Shown here: one piece after another, positions 30,301-39,948 of the stretch | Layout: each line of letters starts with the position of its first letter | Position numbering within the stretch: the stretch's first letter is position 1 | Assembly (NCBI GenBank): GCA_039794005.1 | Contig: JBAMMA010000006.1 | Location: forward strand, 1 to 64,000 | Source of the DNA: Thermoplasmata archaeon | GTDB taxonomy: Archaea; Thermoplasmatota; Thermoplasmata; Thermoplasmatales; ARK-15 | Direction of reading: 5' to 3' | DNA: 64,000 nucleotides | Made by a program: the position numbers and the translations under genes | Notes under the pieces: model-generated | Seen by the model: only the letters and a program-made list of their open reading frames with translations | Databases searched by the model: none | Told to the model about the DNA's origin: nothing

Positions 30301-32538
30301 CTTATACTTTTTCAAAACCATGAAAGATCTTGCGGCACAATGCCTAAACCTTTGCTTAAAGAGTTCTGAATTAAAAACGGCTGACCTTAAATCCCTTAGA
30401 AAAGAACTTGAATTTATTAAAGATAGAACGTCTTTCAGTGGAATTTTCTTTTGCACGGTTATCATGAATGCGTCATCTGTTACAGTTATTCTCGTTCCTA
30501 CTGAATATTTGTTTGCAATTTTATAGGCATATGCCCTCGAAAGGGAATCGTTCACCCTCCTTCCATATGGGAAATGAAAAATTATGTTATACATGCCAGA
30601 TGGGTCAACATAACCCTCAATCAGAAGTGATTTATCTGTTGGAACGTGGTCTATCATCTGCTCCTTTATGTATTTATAAATACTAATGGCAGAACCCCTG
30701 TCAAGAAAATATTCATCCATTAAATACGATACTACATCTTCATTTTTCAATATCATTTCCTTGATTTTGTTTCTAAATTTTCCTACCTCAATGCTCAAGT
30801 CAAAGCTCCTTGGGAGCATTTCACCTACCCATGACGGTACCGTAGGCCTCCTACCCTCCGCCTTTTTTACATATACCTTTGTGCCTCTGGAATATAGATA
30901 TTCATATGTCCTACCACCGAGAACAAAAATATCTCCCGGCCTTAGCTTCTCTACAAACTTTTCACTCAATTCACCGATCCACTGATTGTTTTCATCGAAT
31001 ACGTGAAAATTTGCTTCATCCGGTATTGTGCCTAAATTCATAAAATAGATCATTCTTGTAGATTTCTTCTTCCCGAATTTGCCGGATTCCTCATCATACC
31101 AAATCTTTGAATATATGATGTCGCCATAGGTTTTAGAGGATAGATAATTTATGACCTGCATGAATTTATCAAAAGAAAGATCAGAATAACAATAAGATCT
31201 CTTTATTAATCTATAAGCATCTTCAACTTTCCATGTATTTTCTAGACTCATTCCCACAATTACCTGTGCCAATACGTCAAGGGAATTTTTTGGAATGTTT
31301 ACCCTGTCTATTTTTCCCTTGTAAGCTTCATGTGTCAATACTGCACATTCTATTAGATCGTCCATTTCTAGGGCTATCATCCTGCCTTTTGATACGGACC
31401 CGTATGCATGACCTGACCTTCCTATTCGTTGTAATCCCTTTGCAATGCTTTTTGGAGAACCTATTTGTATAACCAAATCAATATAACCAATGTCAATGCC
31501 CAACTCCAGGCTTGTCGATGATATAACGCATTTCAATTGACCGTTCTTCAGCATCTCCTCCACCTTGAACCTGGTATCTCTTCCCAATGAAGAATGGTGG
31601 GCCTCAAGACTCTCTATTCCCCTTTCTCTCAATTTATAGGCAACGTGTTCTGTACCGCTTCTTGTGTTTGTGAAAATCAATGTAGTTCTATGTGTCTTGA
31701 TGAATTTTTCAATGACATCATACATTTTCTCGTTTATAATATCAAATGGTGTGTTGAATAGATCATTAACTGGCGTGATAACCTTTAAATCGAGGGACTT
31801 TTTTGAATCCACTTCCAATATGTATACATCTCTAACCTCTCCATCATCATTGTAACCGGCTAACAATTTTGCCATCTCCTCAATAGGAGCTTGTGTTGCC
31901 GATAAACCTATTCTTACAAGATTTTTTGAATAATTTTGTAACCTTTCCAAATTTAATGAGAGCATTACACCCCTTTTCGATGATGATAATTCATGTATTT
32001 CGTCTACAATTACGTACTTTACGTTCATTAGTTTCTCCCTCATCTTTGTTGATGAGAGCATCAAACCAAAAGATTCTGGAGTGGTAATAATTATATGCGG
32101 TGGAAGTTTTGTCATCTTGCTTCTCTGGGATTGACTTGTATCACCAGACCTGACCATATGCCTTATTTTTGGTATCTTGATTCCTCTTGATTCCGCCAAC
32201 TTTTCAATTTCCTCCAAGGGTTCCGTTAAATTTCTATGTATATCATTTGCCAATGCTTTTAGGGGGGATATATAAACACAGAAAACCTTATCCTCAAGTT
32301 TATTTTCCTTTGCAAGCAAAAATAGTTCATTTATGATCGATAAAAATGCAGTTAGCGTTTTTCCAGAACCTGTAGGAGCCGAAACAAGAACATTTTTTCC
32401 AGAATGTATATATGGGATGGCATATTCTTGAGGTTCTGTCATCTTTTCAAACTTGGAATTAAACCACTCCCTTATTATTGGATCAAAAAGCTCGAGAACC
32501 TTTTCTTTATCGGTCTTTTTTTCTATTCTGTATATCAT
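27322..32538 (-). CDS. lhr: Lhr-family SF2 helicase, long form (1738 aa) with an extended winged-helix C-terminus
   Basis: APTGSGKT, SPLKALAND, DEIH, SAT, SLELGID, QRIGRSGH and VPSWVGE, followed by about 850 aa of C-terminal extension. Confidence 0.93.
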   Translation of the reverse strand: MIYRIEKKTDKEKVLELFDPIIREWFNSKFEKMTEPQEYAIPYIHSGKNVLVSAPTGSGKTLTAFLSIINELFLLAKENKLEDKVFCVYISPLKALANDIHRNLTEPLEEIEKLAESRGIKIPKIRHMVRSGDTSQSQRSKMTKLPPHIIITTPESFGLMLSSTKMREKLMNVKYVIVDEIHELSSSKRGVMLSLNLERLQNYSKNLVRIGLSATQAPIEEMAKLLAGYNDDGEVRDVYILEVDSKKSLDLKVITPVNDLFNTPFDIINEKMYDVIEKFIKTHRTTLIFTNTRSGTEHVAYKLRERGIESLEAHHSSLGRDTRFKVEEMLKNGQLKCVISSTSLELGIDIGYIDLVIQIGSPKSIAKGLQRIGRSGHAYGSVSKGRMIALEMDDLIECAVLTHEAYKGKIDRVNIPKNSLDVLAQVIVGMSLENTWKVEDAYRLIKRSYCYSDLSFDKFMQVINYLSSKTYGDIIYSKIWYDEESGKFGKKKSTRMIYFMNLGTIPDEANFHVFDENNQWIGELSEKFVEKLRPGDIFVLGGRTYEYLYSRGTKVYVKKAEGRRPTVPSWVGEMLPRSFDLSIEVGKFRNKIKEMILKNEDVVSYLMDEYFLDRGSAISIYKYIKEQMIDHVPTDKSLLIEGYVDPSGMYNIIFHFPYGRRVNDSLSRAYAYKIANKYSVGTRITVTDDAFMITVQKKIPLKDVLSLINSSSFLRDLRSAVFNSELFKQRFRHCAARSFMVLKKYKGQDISVTKQQLKSDKMLQILSDIPDFPVIEETFNEIFNITMDVPNALEILKKIENGEIEIKLKDYSERPSVFANSIILAGVSDIVLMEDRSALFREIHMNILKKVLGENQGYLFNPEEINSYFSSKFKIKNKEDIFEFFRDVGAADILQQKGINIFDHSDIPYDELREYALEKLRNGEIESIYAEKVLFTIPEYVKYYAAVYSRDIVQDEKVLKVLNSINKNSSTEIWKLSGLKRDEVFEILKNLEKAYLIKRIDIKAGEIYYDKRNVERADIIESRKFLIEKILGYYGPITLSEISYYINAREEITKDILREMENDKIVISGQFLPGYDIQYMLYQDYLNLRPTANFDINKINNYRISKALKKFNSIEEAFRYYIFFRTPFEASLRVNNFSMDEWVNLRKRNEIIYGKFLGNRYIYILKEYAHLFRIYEFEYDDNIKNIISILSSNNSVDIEKISSILSLNQKVVKNYITLLEKNAIVSREFYEDEFIEPSDRFIYVGEERPKDNIFKKIIETYGPLTSSELCDLLGVDSKEVSELIKSFEIKDVSGIRFYGEIGSSDEKYSIIIDSYDPIFIYLKNKIIQKFPETFTYYYIKENEPEGAIFSQYEYDILVIRDYEFVSREEFLKSMEFLSKYYDNCYILIKNKDNIEIENYRKKDEFLISNEVITGELTYYDILSYAAFKQGYYRYNMKRLPMDLEKQNMGLRSDIEIASKCVQYISTERLKRSRVLCETRGIPDIITYVSEENARIFQSIKNPEIGEDDRKIINIIKESFMPERNSIEYESILGKEKTSKIIEYLIEKSVLCEGPKNTLVYIESDLDRETAIKIFAEKFYEMFGFINVKRLYLFSKDHMHLHDVKNAVSYVKEKYSLKPFLLDNMEIVYTNIENYYKGDAKKNKSRSRKFDESIFNNLIYIVSDKDPYYVLIREILRKMGFENKSVIMKGPDPIASFEYKIKKNSLEIYDFEYIEEYKENALDILEKISNKMGLELKII

Positions 32539-32639
32539 ATTCAGGTACCTTTTCCCCTTATGGAATTGTTAATTATAAAAATGAAAGGTATATAAAAGTA
32601 TCTCACAACATTTTTTTATTAAAAATAAGATATTCCCCT

Positions 32640-33155
32640 ATGGATCTTGCAAATATGATCATAGAGTCTGGTGCAATAATGTTTGGTGATTTCACACTAA
32701 CAAGTGGAAAAAAGAGTAACTATTACATCAATATCAAAAAGGCCATAACAAAACCTGAAATTTTAAAAGAGATCGCAATTGAGATGTCTAAGAAAATTAA
32801 AGATGAATACATTGTGGGAATTGAATTGGGGAGTGTTCCTATCGCAGTTGCAGTTTCATTGGAAATTATGAGGGAATATGTTATAGTTAGAAAGGAACAA
32901 AAATCACATGGAACAGGATCTTTGATTGAGGGAGAAATAAAGAAAAATTCCAAATATGTTGTTATAGAGGATGTAATAACTACAGGTTCATCCGTATTGA
33001 GGGCCGTAAATGCAATAAGAGGTGAGGGAGGTATTGTTGAAAGAGTAATTTGCGTCGTTGACAGGGAAGAAGGGGGAGAAGAGAATCTGAAAAATTACAA
33101 TGTAAAATTGGACCCTTTATTAAAGGTATCTGAAATATTGAAAAGAAAATTTTAA
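32640..33155 (+). CDS. pyrE: Orotate phosphoribosyltransferase
   Basis: FGDFTLTSGKKS, VRKE.K.HG and the PRPP motif IEDVITTG. The start is the ATG at 32640. Confidence 0.95.
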   Translation: MDLANMIIESGAIMFGDFTLTSGKKSNYYINIKKAITKPEILKEIAIEMSKKIKDEYIVGIELGSVPIAVAVSLEIMREYVIVRKEQKSHGTGSLIEGEIKKNSKYVVIEDVITTGSSVLRAVNAIRGEGGIVERVICVVDREEGGEENLKNYNVKLDPLLKVSEILKRKF

Positions 33156-33180
33156 ATAAAATCTTATAAATTTTTAATCC

Positions 33181-35460
33181 ATGATTAAAAAAATATTGGC
33201 TATTTTTATAATTATTGTTTTGATCTTAACCATACCCATGAATTTTTCAAAGTCTTCCAATCCTTATTGTAATAAAGAAACGGTCACTTTTTACATTCAA
33301 AATTTAACAAATTCAGTAAATGTAAACAATGTTACCACCACATATACATTCAATACTTTAAAAGGTGTAAGGGGTACAATTGATCATTCTGTTCATTATA
33401 TAATTGAGGACTGGTATTTATATCCACTACTGGCTGGAAATTTCTATATTTTTAATGGAACCTTTTGGATATATATTAGATTTAATGGAACGGATAACAA
33501 TCCAAATTTATATTTGACTTTATACGAAAGGTCTCCCTCCGGCCAGGAAACACAAATAGCAAGAGGGTCTTCTCATCCAATACTTGCAACCTCAATAGAA
33601 TCTTATTCAGTAAGTTTTAACACCACAGGGGTTGAGATTCCCTCTGGATATTCTTTGCATATTCATTTTGAGCTAGCCGGTGGTACTTCAACAATTTATT
33701 GGGTATACTATGGTAATTCTACGTATGCATCTGGAATGAATATAATTACAAATACCTCAATGTATATAAGCTCCGTTGAAACTTTAAATTATTTAAATCA
33801 GCCAGTCAAAGGATTTAGTCCAAATTCAACAAACAAACAAATAACGTTTTTAGCATACATAAACGATCCTCTGGGGGGATATGACATAAGAAATGTTTCA
33901 TTAAACATAAACGGAATTTCTTATATAATGATTAAAATTTCTGGAACAGAGGATTCATATACAAATATATATGAATTGCAATTAAACTATACCGGCTGGC
34001 AAACGGGAAATTATACTTATACCGTCTATGCACTTGACTATTCGGGTTTTTATTATTACCAAAATTATTACAAATATTTATGCTATCTAAGGTCATACGA
34101 ATCATATTTTTGGATCGGATTCCCATTAAAGATAGATATCACATTATACACATCATCAGGAATTCCAGTTTCAAATGCTTACGTTGGATTGCGGGTAAAT
34201 AATACTGTATACGGAAATTACACTATAAATGGGAAAACCTTAATATATGCATATGCTGGCACATATAATATTTTCATTGTTTATGACAATTATACTCTGC
34301 CTCCTGTAATGAAGACAATAATGAATGGAAAGGTATATGGAAATGTAATTAGTATTTCAAATTCAACAAACATAACGATATTTTCAGACATTGGAAATTC
34401 ATCCATAGAAATTCTGACATCAAACGGAATTCCAATTTACAATGCCCTGGTTTACATTCAATATCCCAATGAAAAGACTTTTATTTATCAAACTCCAAAA
34501 AATGGAACGTTAACATTTTATAACGTTGGTGGAGGAATTTATAAGGTTGTTGTGTATTATCAGGGAGTTGAAGTGTACAATTCTACGGTGAATTTTGTAT
34601 TTAATACAAGCAGTCCTTCTATTTTATTGAAAATATTTACGAAGGTATACAACGTAGAAATAATAGCTGGAAGCTATGCAGGAATAAACATTTCAAATGT
34701 TATGATTTTCATTAAGAATGTTTATGGATCTGAAAACATTAATACTACGAATTCTTCTGGAATTTCAACATTTGAATTACCTTATGGAAATTATCAATAT
34801 GAAATGGAATATATGAATACAATAGTTTCAGAAGGCAGTTTCAATGTAAGTAATAATGAATCTTTATATATTAAAACAGAAATATTCAAAGTGAATATAA
34901 AAATAGTGGATTCCCTTGGGAATACATTGAATTATTCTTACGTGGAACTAATTGGAAATGGTAACACATTAACCACAATTTCAAATGGAACTTTATCATA
35001 TATAATACCAATTGGAAATTATACAATAAATGTCTATTGGGATAACAAAGACGTGAATTCAACAAACATTTTTGTTTATGGAAATGAGAATATAACTATA
35101 AATAGCAGGGTATATTATTTGACGGTAAATGTCTATGATTCAAATAACATTCCCCTGAATTCATCATTTGTCATAGTTGAGAATAATCAAACGGTTGTTG
35201 CATTCTCATACAAGCCAATAAACACATTTAAGCTACCTTACGGTAATTATAGGATTTACGTTATTTATAAAGATACTTACTATTGGACAGATATAAATTT
35301 AATAAAGGAATACAACGTCACATTGAACAGTAATTATTTAATAAATGCAAAACTTCCATTCCCAATACCTTTTTATGAAACAGTTCTGTTCATTTTTGTT
35401 GTTATATTCTTAATTGCAATTGCACTGACTTTCATAATCACAAGAAAGATATTCAAATGA
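33181..35460 (+). CDS. Membrane-anchored cell-surface glycoprotein with tandem carboxypeptidase-regulatory/Ig-like repeats
   Basis: Signal peptide, repeats such as S.GIP..NA.V and LPYGNY, numerous NxS/T sequons, and a C-terminal TM helix followed by RKIFK. Confidence 0.8.
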   Translation: MIKKILAIFIIIVLILTIPMNFSKSSNPYCNKETVTFYIQNLTNSVNVNNVTTTYTFNTLKGVRGTIDHSVHYIIEDWYLYPLLAGNFYIFNGTFWIYIRFNGTDNNPNLYLTLYERSPSGQETQIARGSSHPILATSIESYSVSFNTTGVEIPSGYSLHIHFELAGGTSTIYWVYYGNSTYASGMNIITNTSMYISSVETLNYLNQPVKGFSPNSTNKQITFLAYINDPLGGYDIRNVSLNINGISYIMIKISGTEDSYTNIYELQLNYTGWQTGNYTYTVYALDYSGFYYYQNYYKYLCYLRSYESYFWIGFPLKIDITLYTSSGIPVSNAYVGLRVNNTVYGNYTINGKTLIYAYAGTYNIFIVYDNYTLPPVMKTIMNGKVYGNVISISNSTNITIFSDIGNSSIEILTSNGIPIYNALVYIQYPNEKTFIYQTPKNGTLTFYNVGGGIYKVVVYYQGVEVYNSTVNFVFNTSSPSILLKIFTKVYNVEIIAGSYAGINISNVMIFIKNVYGSENINTTNSSGISTFELPYGNYQYEMEYMNTIVSEGSFNVSNNESLYIKTEIFKVNIKIVDSLGNTLNYSYVELIGNGNTLTTISNGTLSYIIPIGNYTINVYWDNKDVNSTNIFVYGNENITINSRVYYLTVNVYDSNNIPLNSSFVIVENNQTVVAFSYKPINTFKLPYGNYRIYVIYKDTYYWTDINLIKEYNVTLNSNYLINAKLPFPIPFYETVLFIFVVIFLIAIALTFIITRKIFK

Positions 35461-35461
35461 T

Positions 35462-36022
35462 TTACCAGGGTACATCCTTTTTTCCAATTTTATATCCTAT
35501 TATATTTACAAGTCTATGCAATACGATGGTAATGATGATCAAAAATATTATAGAATAAATATTCCAGATGTATTTTAAAAATAGAGTGCTATTGAAAATA
35601 TAAAAAAATATTAAAGAGCATATTATAAAAGGATATTGATCCAGGAACAACGCCTCTGATCCGCTTGGGAAATTCATCCTCCTCTTTATAAACGATCCGC
35701 AAGAATCACCTAGCATAGAAGAAAAAGATAGAAAAAACACTATTATAATGGCATACAAAAATGAATTTGAAAATTCTGGAATGTACGGACTATTTACAAA
35801 AGTTGATATCGTTTCTTCAACAATTCCAAAAAATGTTCCTGATAATGTTCCCCCAATGAATCCTTTCCATGTTTTACCTTTCCCCAATATTCTCCTACCA
35901 TCTATGAAATTTTTATTAAAATCCATTGGCAATTTCCCTTTGAATATGACAGCAGATGGATTTGCTATGTATGATGGTATGAGTAGCCAAAATGTGCCCA
36001 CTATAACTATAAGAATATTCAT
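35462..36022 (-). CDS. carS: CDP-archaeol synthase
   Basis: PSYIANP...PMD...DGRRILGKGKTW, GD..GSFIKRR, LDQ and KDVPW. Confidence 0.95.
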   Translation of the reverse strand: MNILIVIVGTFWLLIPSYIANPSAVIFKGKLPMDFNKNFIDGRRILGKGKTWKGFIGGTLSGTFFGIVEETISTFVNSPYIPEFSNSFLYAIIIVFFLSFSSMLGDSCGSFIKRRMNFPSGSEALFLDQYPFIICSLIFFYIFNSTLFLKYIWNIYSIIFLIIITIVLHRLVNIIGYKIGKKDVPW

Positions 36023-36702
36023 TATATAATCAAATCCGATTCCAAAATTTTATTTAATATTTCAGCAGTACCATCCGAATATAATTTTTCCGAATGGAAC
36101 TTTGATCTGGACCTCAATTTTGGAACAGAATTGCCAATGGTTGCACCGTTTTCGGTAATCTCAAACATATCATAATCATTTTCGCCATCTCCAAAAACCA
36201 TTAATTCCGATGGTTGAACTTTAAAGAAATCCAGTGCATATTTCAAAGCATTCCCTTTATTCACATTTTTGACCAGTACCATTATCCTGTCAATATTGCT
36301 AACGATGTCAATTTTATCCATATATGGTTCTAAAATCTTTGAACATTTCATGGATTCTTCTATCGGTATTGATATTAATAGTTCACCTTTAATAAATGGA
36401 ATGTGATTTTCTTTTAGCAGTTCCATTAATTCCTTTGCCAAATTTTCCTGCCATTTTTCGAATAATTTTATCCTTAAATTTTTTGATGATATATATATGA
36501 AATATCCATTTTCATAGATTATGAAATCAACATTGGATTTCATATGCTCTATATGCATCCATCTTCTTCCAGTAACAATCCCTATTATAGCGTTTTTCTG
36601 CTTTAACTCTTTTAATAGAGGAATTATTCTGTAGTCAAAGGTCAATGAAGAAGTTGTTAAAACTCTATCGTAGTCAAAAGCAAACATTTTTAATTTTGAC
36701 AT
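36022..36702 (-). CDS. Cof-type HAD hydrolase (phosphoglycolate phosphatase-like)
   Basis: Motifs DYDRVLT, VTGR, ENG, NKG and GDGEND. Confidence 0.88.
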   Translation of the reverse strand: MSKLKMFAFDYDRVLTTSSLTFDYRIIPLLKELKQKNAIIGIVTGRRWMHIEHMKSNVDFIIYENGYFIYISSKNLRIKLFEKWQENLAKELMELLKENHIPFIKGELLISIPIEESMKCSKILEPYMDKIDIVSNIDRIMVLVKNVNKGNALKYALDFFKVQPSELMVFGDGENDYDMFEITENGATIGNSVPKLRSRSKFHSEKLYSDGTAEILNKILESDLII

Positions 36703-36802
36703 CAATTTTGATATTGTTTAATAGATAAAAAATTTTTTTCAGAAATTTGATTGAATTAAAAATAGAAAAAAATATATTTTTAATTAAAATAACCACATTA
36801 TA

Positions 36803-36876
36803 GGGCCCGTGGTCTAGCTGGTTATGACGGTGCCCTTACACGGCGCAGGTCACCGGTTCGAATCCGGTCGGGCCCA
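36803..36876 (+). tRNA. tRNA-Val (TAC)
   Basis: GGGCCCG...CGGGCCC-A acceptor stem, anticodon loop CTTACAC, T-loop TTCGAAT. Confidence 0.96.
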
Positions 36877-37725
36877 TTAACACATAGGTAATAATAACGA
36901 AAAAATTTGATTTTTAAAAAATAAATATGAAAATTAACACTTTTTAATTAGTCAAAGATTCATTATAACCTTTATTATAATTTCAATATAATTTTAACAA
37001 TCTTGATATAGAAATTAAATGTTTAAACATTCTTTACATCTTTTTTAACCCGATACAGAGAATCTTGTGATATAAACTTATACCTGAAACATTCTTAAGT
37101 CTAAATGAAAAAATCAATGAATTCCTTACTCTTAAATATTTCATGATCCTTTATATATTTTAAATAATCCTCCTCATTTATATTGATTCTCATACTTATA
37201 TCAAGGTTCTTGGATTACTGCCGATGTATCTGATTCGCTCAAATATTACATGTTTCCTAGCATATATATTGATGTAATCGATCTAGTTATCCTTATTCCT
37301 AAATTGTTAAGATATCGTAAAATATATTATTTTGTGAATTTTTGAATCCAAAAGAAATGCGTGAAATTTGATTTAGATATTTTCAACCATAAAAGAGAAT
37401 ATTTTAGGAAAATAATTGTTTAAAAAGAAGGTACGAAAAATTGGAGGAGGTTAAAAAACTATATTTAATGTTTATTTGAGAATTTTAGGATTTTTTCGAA
37501 TTGAAAAATATGTATCCATAAAAATTAATTTCCACGCTTAAAGGGGATTATTAATATGAAGGGATATATATACTTGCCTGGTAAGGAATAGATAATATTT
37601 GATATTAAAAAGGGCAAATGTGAAAAAATTCTAACAAAATTTTAAATAATGGAATATCATAAATTTTCATTGAAAAAATTGATAAATATATTTTAATTTA
37701 AAAAAGCATATGAGGTGTATTTAAG

Positions 37726-37929
37726 ATGAATCTATATGAATATATTAATAACTTATTTTCCTTGTTATACCTGCAGAATTTAATAAATAAAAATGGGAAC
37801 ATTAAAATAGTAAAGATAAATGCTATTTTAAACGAAAAATCAATTCTTACTTTTCAACCAAATGATGATATAAAGTATCCTTTAACAGCCTCTTTTAAAG
37901 TTGGTGATTCTTTGATAAAAGAGAAATAA
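37726..37929 (+). CDS. Small hypothetical protein (possible relic of an integrated element)
   Basis: 67-aa ORF with a GAGGTG RBS, coupled to the next ORF by TAATG. Confidence 0.4.
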   Translation: MNLYEYINNLFSLLYLQNLINKNGNIKIVKINAILNEKSILTFQPNDDIKYPLTASFKVGDSLIKEK

Positions 37930-38123
37930 TGAATATAAAAAAAGAAATAGAAAAGCATGTTAAAGGGGATTTTTATAATTTGTATAAAAGATATCCTACT
38001 GAAAATGAACTTGAAACATTCATATCTGAAAATATAACATTCGTTATAAAATTTTATCCGGATGAAATTTATCTAATTCCAATTTATAAAAATATTAATA
38101 GAGTGAAAATAAATTTTGGTTAA
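37929..38123 (+). CDS. Small hypothetical protein (possible relic of an integrated element)
   Basis: 64-aa ORF overlapping the previous stop codon. It is followed by AGGTG and another short ORF at about 38135. Confidence 0.4.
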   Translation: MNIKKEIEKHVKGDFYNLYKRYPTENELETFISENITFVIKFYPDEIYLIPIYKNINRVKINFG

Positions 38124-38339
38124 AGGTGTTGAACATGATAGATAGCAACTTTGATAGAGAGATCCTTCCAGAAAAGATAAATGACCTTTTTGATACATTA
38201 AAAGATTTAAAAAATTTATTTGTATTATTATAAATATTTTCTTTAATATATCATCTTAAATTAACTGAACTTTCGTATATTCACCATTTATTTCATAATG
38301 AAACTGAATAAGCAACTGGATAAAACAATCTGTAATGCG

Positions 38340-38500
38340 ATGAGAGATATGATATGTGAAATTCAGATAGAATTTGAACTTCCTTTTATCATATTTTATT
38401 TGAAGCTATCTTCCATTTATTTTCCTTTTAAGCTTATATGTTTTCAATGCTTATGATTCCTGATATTTTTCTGTCTTAAAAAACGATGATGGAATTGCAA
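38340..38500 (-). pseudogene. Possible TnpB/Cas12f-like fragment
   Basis: Minus-strand frames give KWKIAS / QIKYDKRKFKFYLNFTY, resembling the strand just upstream of RuvC-I in TnpB/Cas12f. No GIDLG follows. Confidence 0.3.
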
Positions 38501-38772
38501 ATATTCTTTCATTTAACTATTTACATTTCTCTTATTGAGATTATTTTTGTTGAATATTTTTTAAAATTATAGTAAAGATAATCCATATTGGTTATTTAAA
38601 CTGCTTTATCTTTTCAATGAGCGTTATTTATTACTCTCAAGAATTTATTTATATATTTACATTGAAAAATGTTCATGTATCTATTCCCCGAAGGTTGCAG
38701 TATAAAGATTTTCATAAATCGTTAACATTGCCATAGAAATGTATATTATTATTATGCTCATTTAAGCATAAT

Positions 38773-39948
38773 ATGAATCTGAAAATTTTATCTGTGGTAA
38801 TGTTTGTTGTGGGAATATTATTGGGCTTAGGGATAGGCTATTCAATCATGAATTTACAAAATACAACAGTTACTAAAAATCAGGGTATTTCAGTTATAGC
38901 GGCAGGATCTCTGGGTTATGCCTTCAACGAAATTGCACAAAACTGGTCTTCCCTTTATCCTGGCATACCGATTACACCTGGAGGCGGCATATTCATGGGA
39001 AGTGTAAAAGCTGCTTACGAAATAGCAGTTTTACACGAACATTACGACATTTTTGCATCTGCTGCTTCTGATGTAATTCCTATGGTCTTATATCCAAAAT
39101 ATGCACAATGGATGGTCCTCTTTGCAACAAATGAAATTTCAATATTATATGCACCAAATTCGAATGCAACTGTTGATTTAAATGGTACCATAATGAAGGT
39201 TGACCAAATAAACGAAACGAACTGGTTTATGTTCATAACGGCACCTGGAGTTACAGTTGGAGTGAGCAATGGATCAACAGACCCCGCTGGATTTCAGGCC
39301 ATACAGGCAATGAAGCTAGCCGGAATATATTTGGTTGAAAATGATAACAAAGCTTATAATGAATGGTTCCATGGCGTTTTGGGATATCCATTAAATGACA
39401 CAAACGCGATTTTTGAAGCCATATGGTGGCATAAGTACAAAACAGGACATCTTATGCCAGTGGGTATTGAAGCAAGTATGGATGCAATGATTAAGACTGG
39501 AAAACCATACTTTGGAATATCTTATAGAAGTCTTGCAAAATCTTACGGCCTAGGATATGTGGAATTACCATGGCAGATTAATTTAGGTTCAACAAATATA
39601 ACGGCAATTAATTATTATGCACAGGTTAATAGCAGCGGTGCCCCGATAGGTCTATCAGGAACACCATCTGAAGCATCTGCCCCTGCTGGACCAATATTTT
39701 ATGCTGTCACAATACCATCTACAGCAACCAACGTTATGCTTGCAATAGATTATTTGACGATATTATTAGGACCCATTGGCCATCAAGTTTTGATAAACAC
39801 ATATTTCGATCCATTACCTTCCCCCTACCTGGTATTATTGGGAAACAATGCCACATTCCCATCTGTTTTGTTGCCTTATGTACAACCGCTTCCAGAATAC
39901 CTCCAATCCGGTCCCGGGTACATTGCCGTTATGGGTACTCAATCGTGA
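38773..39948 (+). CDS. wtpA: Tungstate/molybdate ABC transporter substrate-binding protein (WtpA-type)
   Basis: N-terminal TM anchor, AAGSL, GSV, ASA, FATNE, DPAGF and PIFYAVTIP. Confidence 0.85.
   Translation: MNLKILSVVMFVVGILLGLGIGYSIMNLQNTTVTKNQGISVIAAGSLGYAFNEIAQNWSSLYPGIPITPGGGIFMGSVKAAYEIAVLHEHYDIFASAASDVIPMVLYPKYAQWMVLFATNEISILYAPNSNATVDLNGTIMKVDQINETNWFMFITAPGVTVGVSNGSTDPAGFQAIQAMKLAGIYLVENDNKAYNEWFHGVLGYPLNDTNAIFEAIWWHKYKTGHLMPVGIEASMDAMIKTGKPYFGISYRSLAKSYGLGYVELPWQINLGSTNITAINYYAQVNSSGAPIGLSGTPSEASAPAGPIFYAVTIPSTATNVMLAIDYLTILLGPIGHQVLINTYFDPLPSPYLVLLGNNATFPSVLLPYVQPLPEYLQSGPGYIAVMGTQS

Noticed and set aside
32478-32639. N-terminal extension of PyrE in the ORF track
   Set aside because: It overlaps the divergent lhr start and promoter. 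Homology begins at the ATG at 32640.
39900-39916. AATCCGGTC match to the tRNA-Val 3' end as a possible attR (also TCCGGTC near 42376)
   Set aside because: Only 7-9 bp, one copy lies inside wtpA coding sequence, and such matches are expected by chance.
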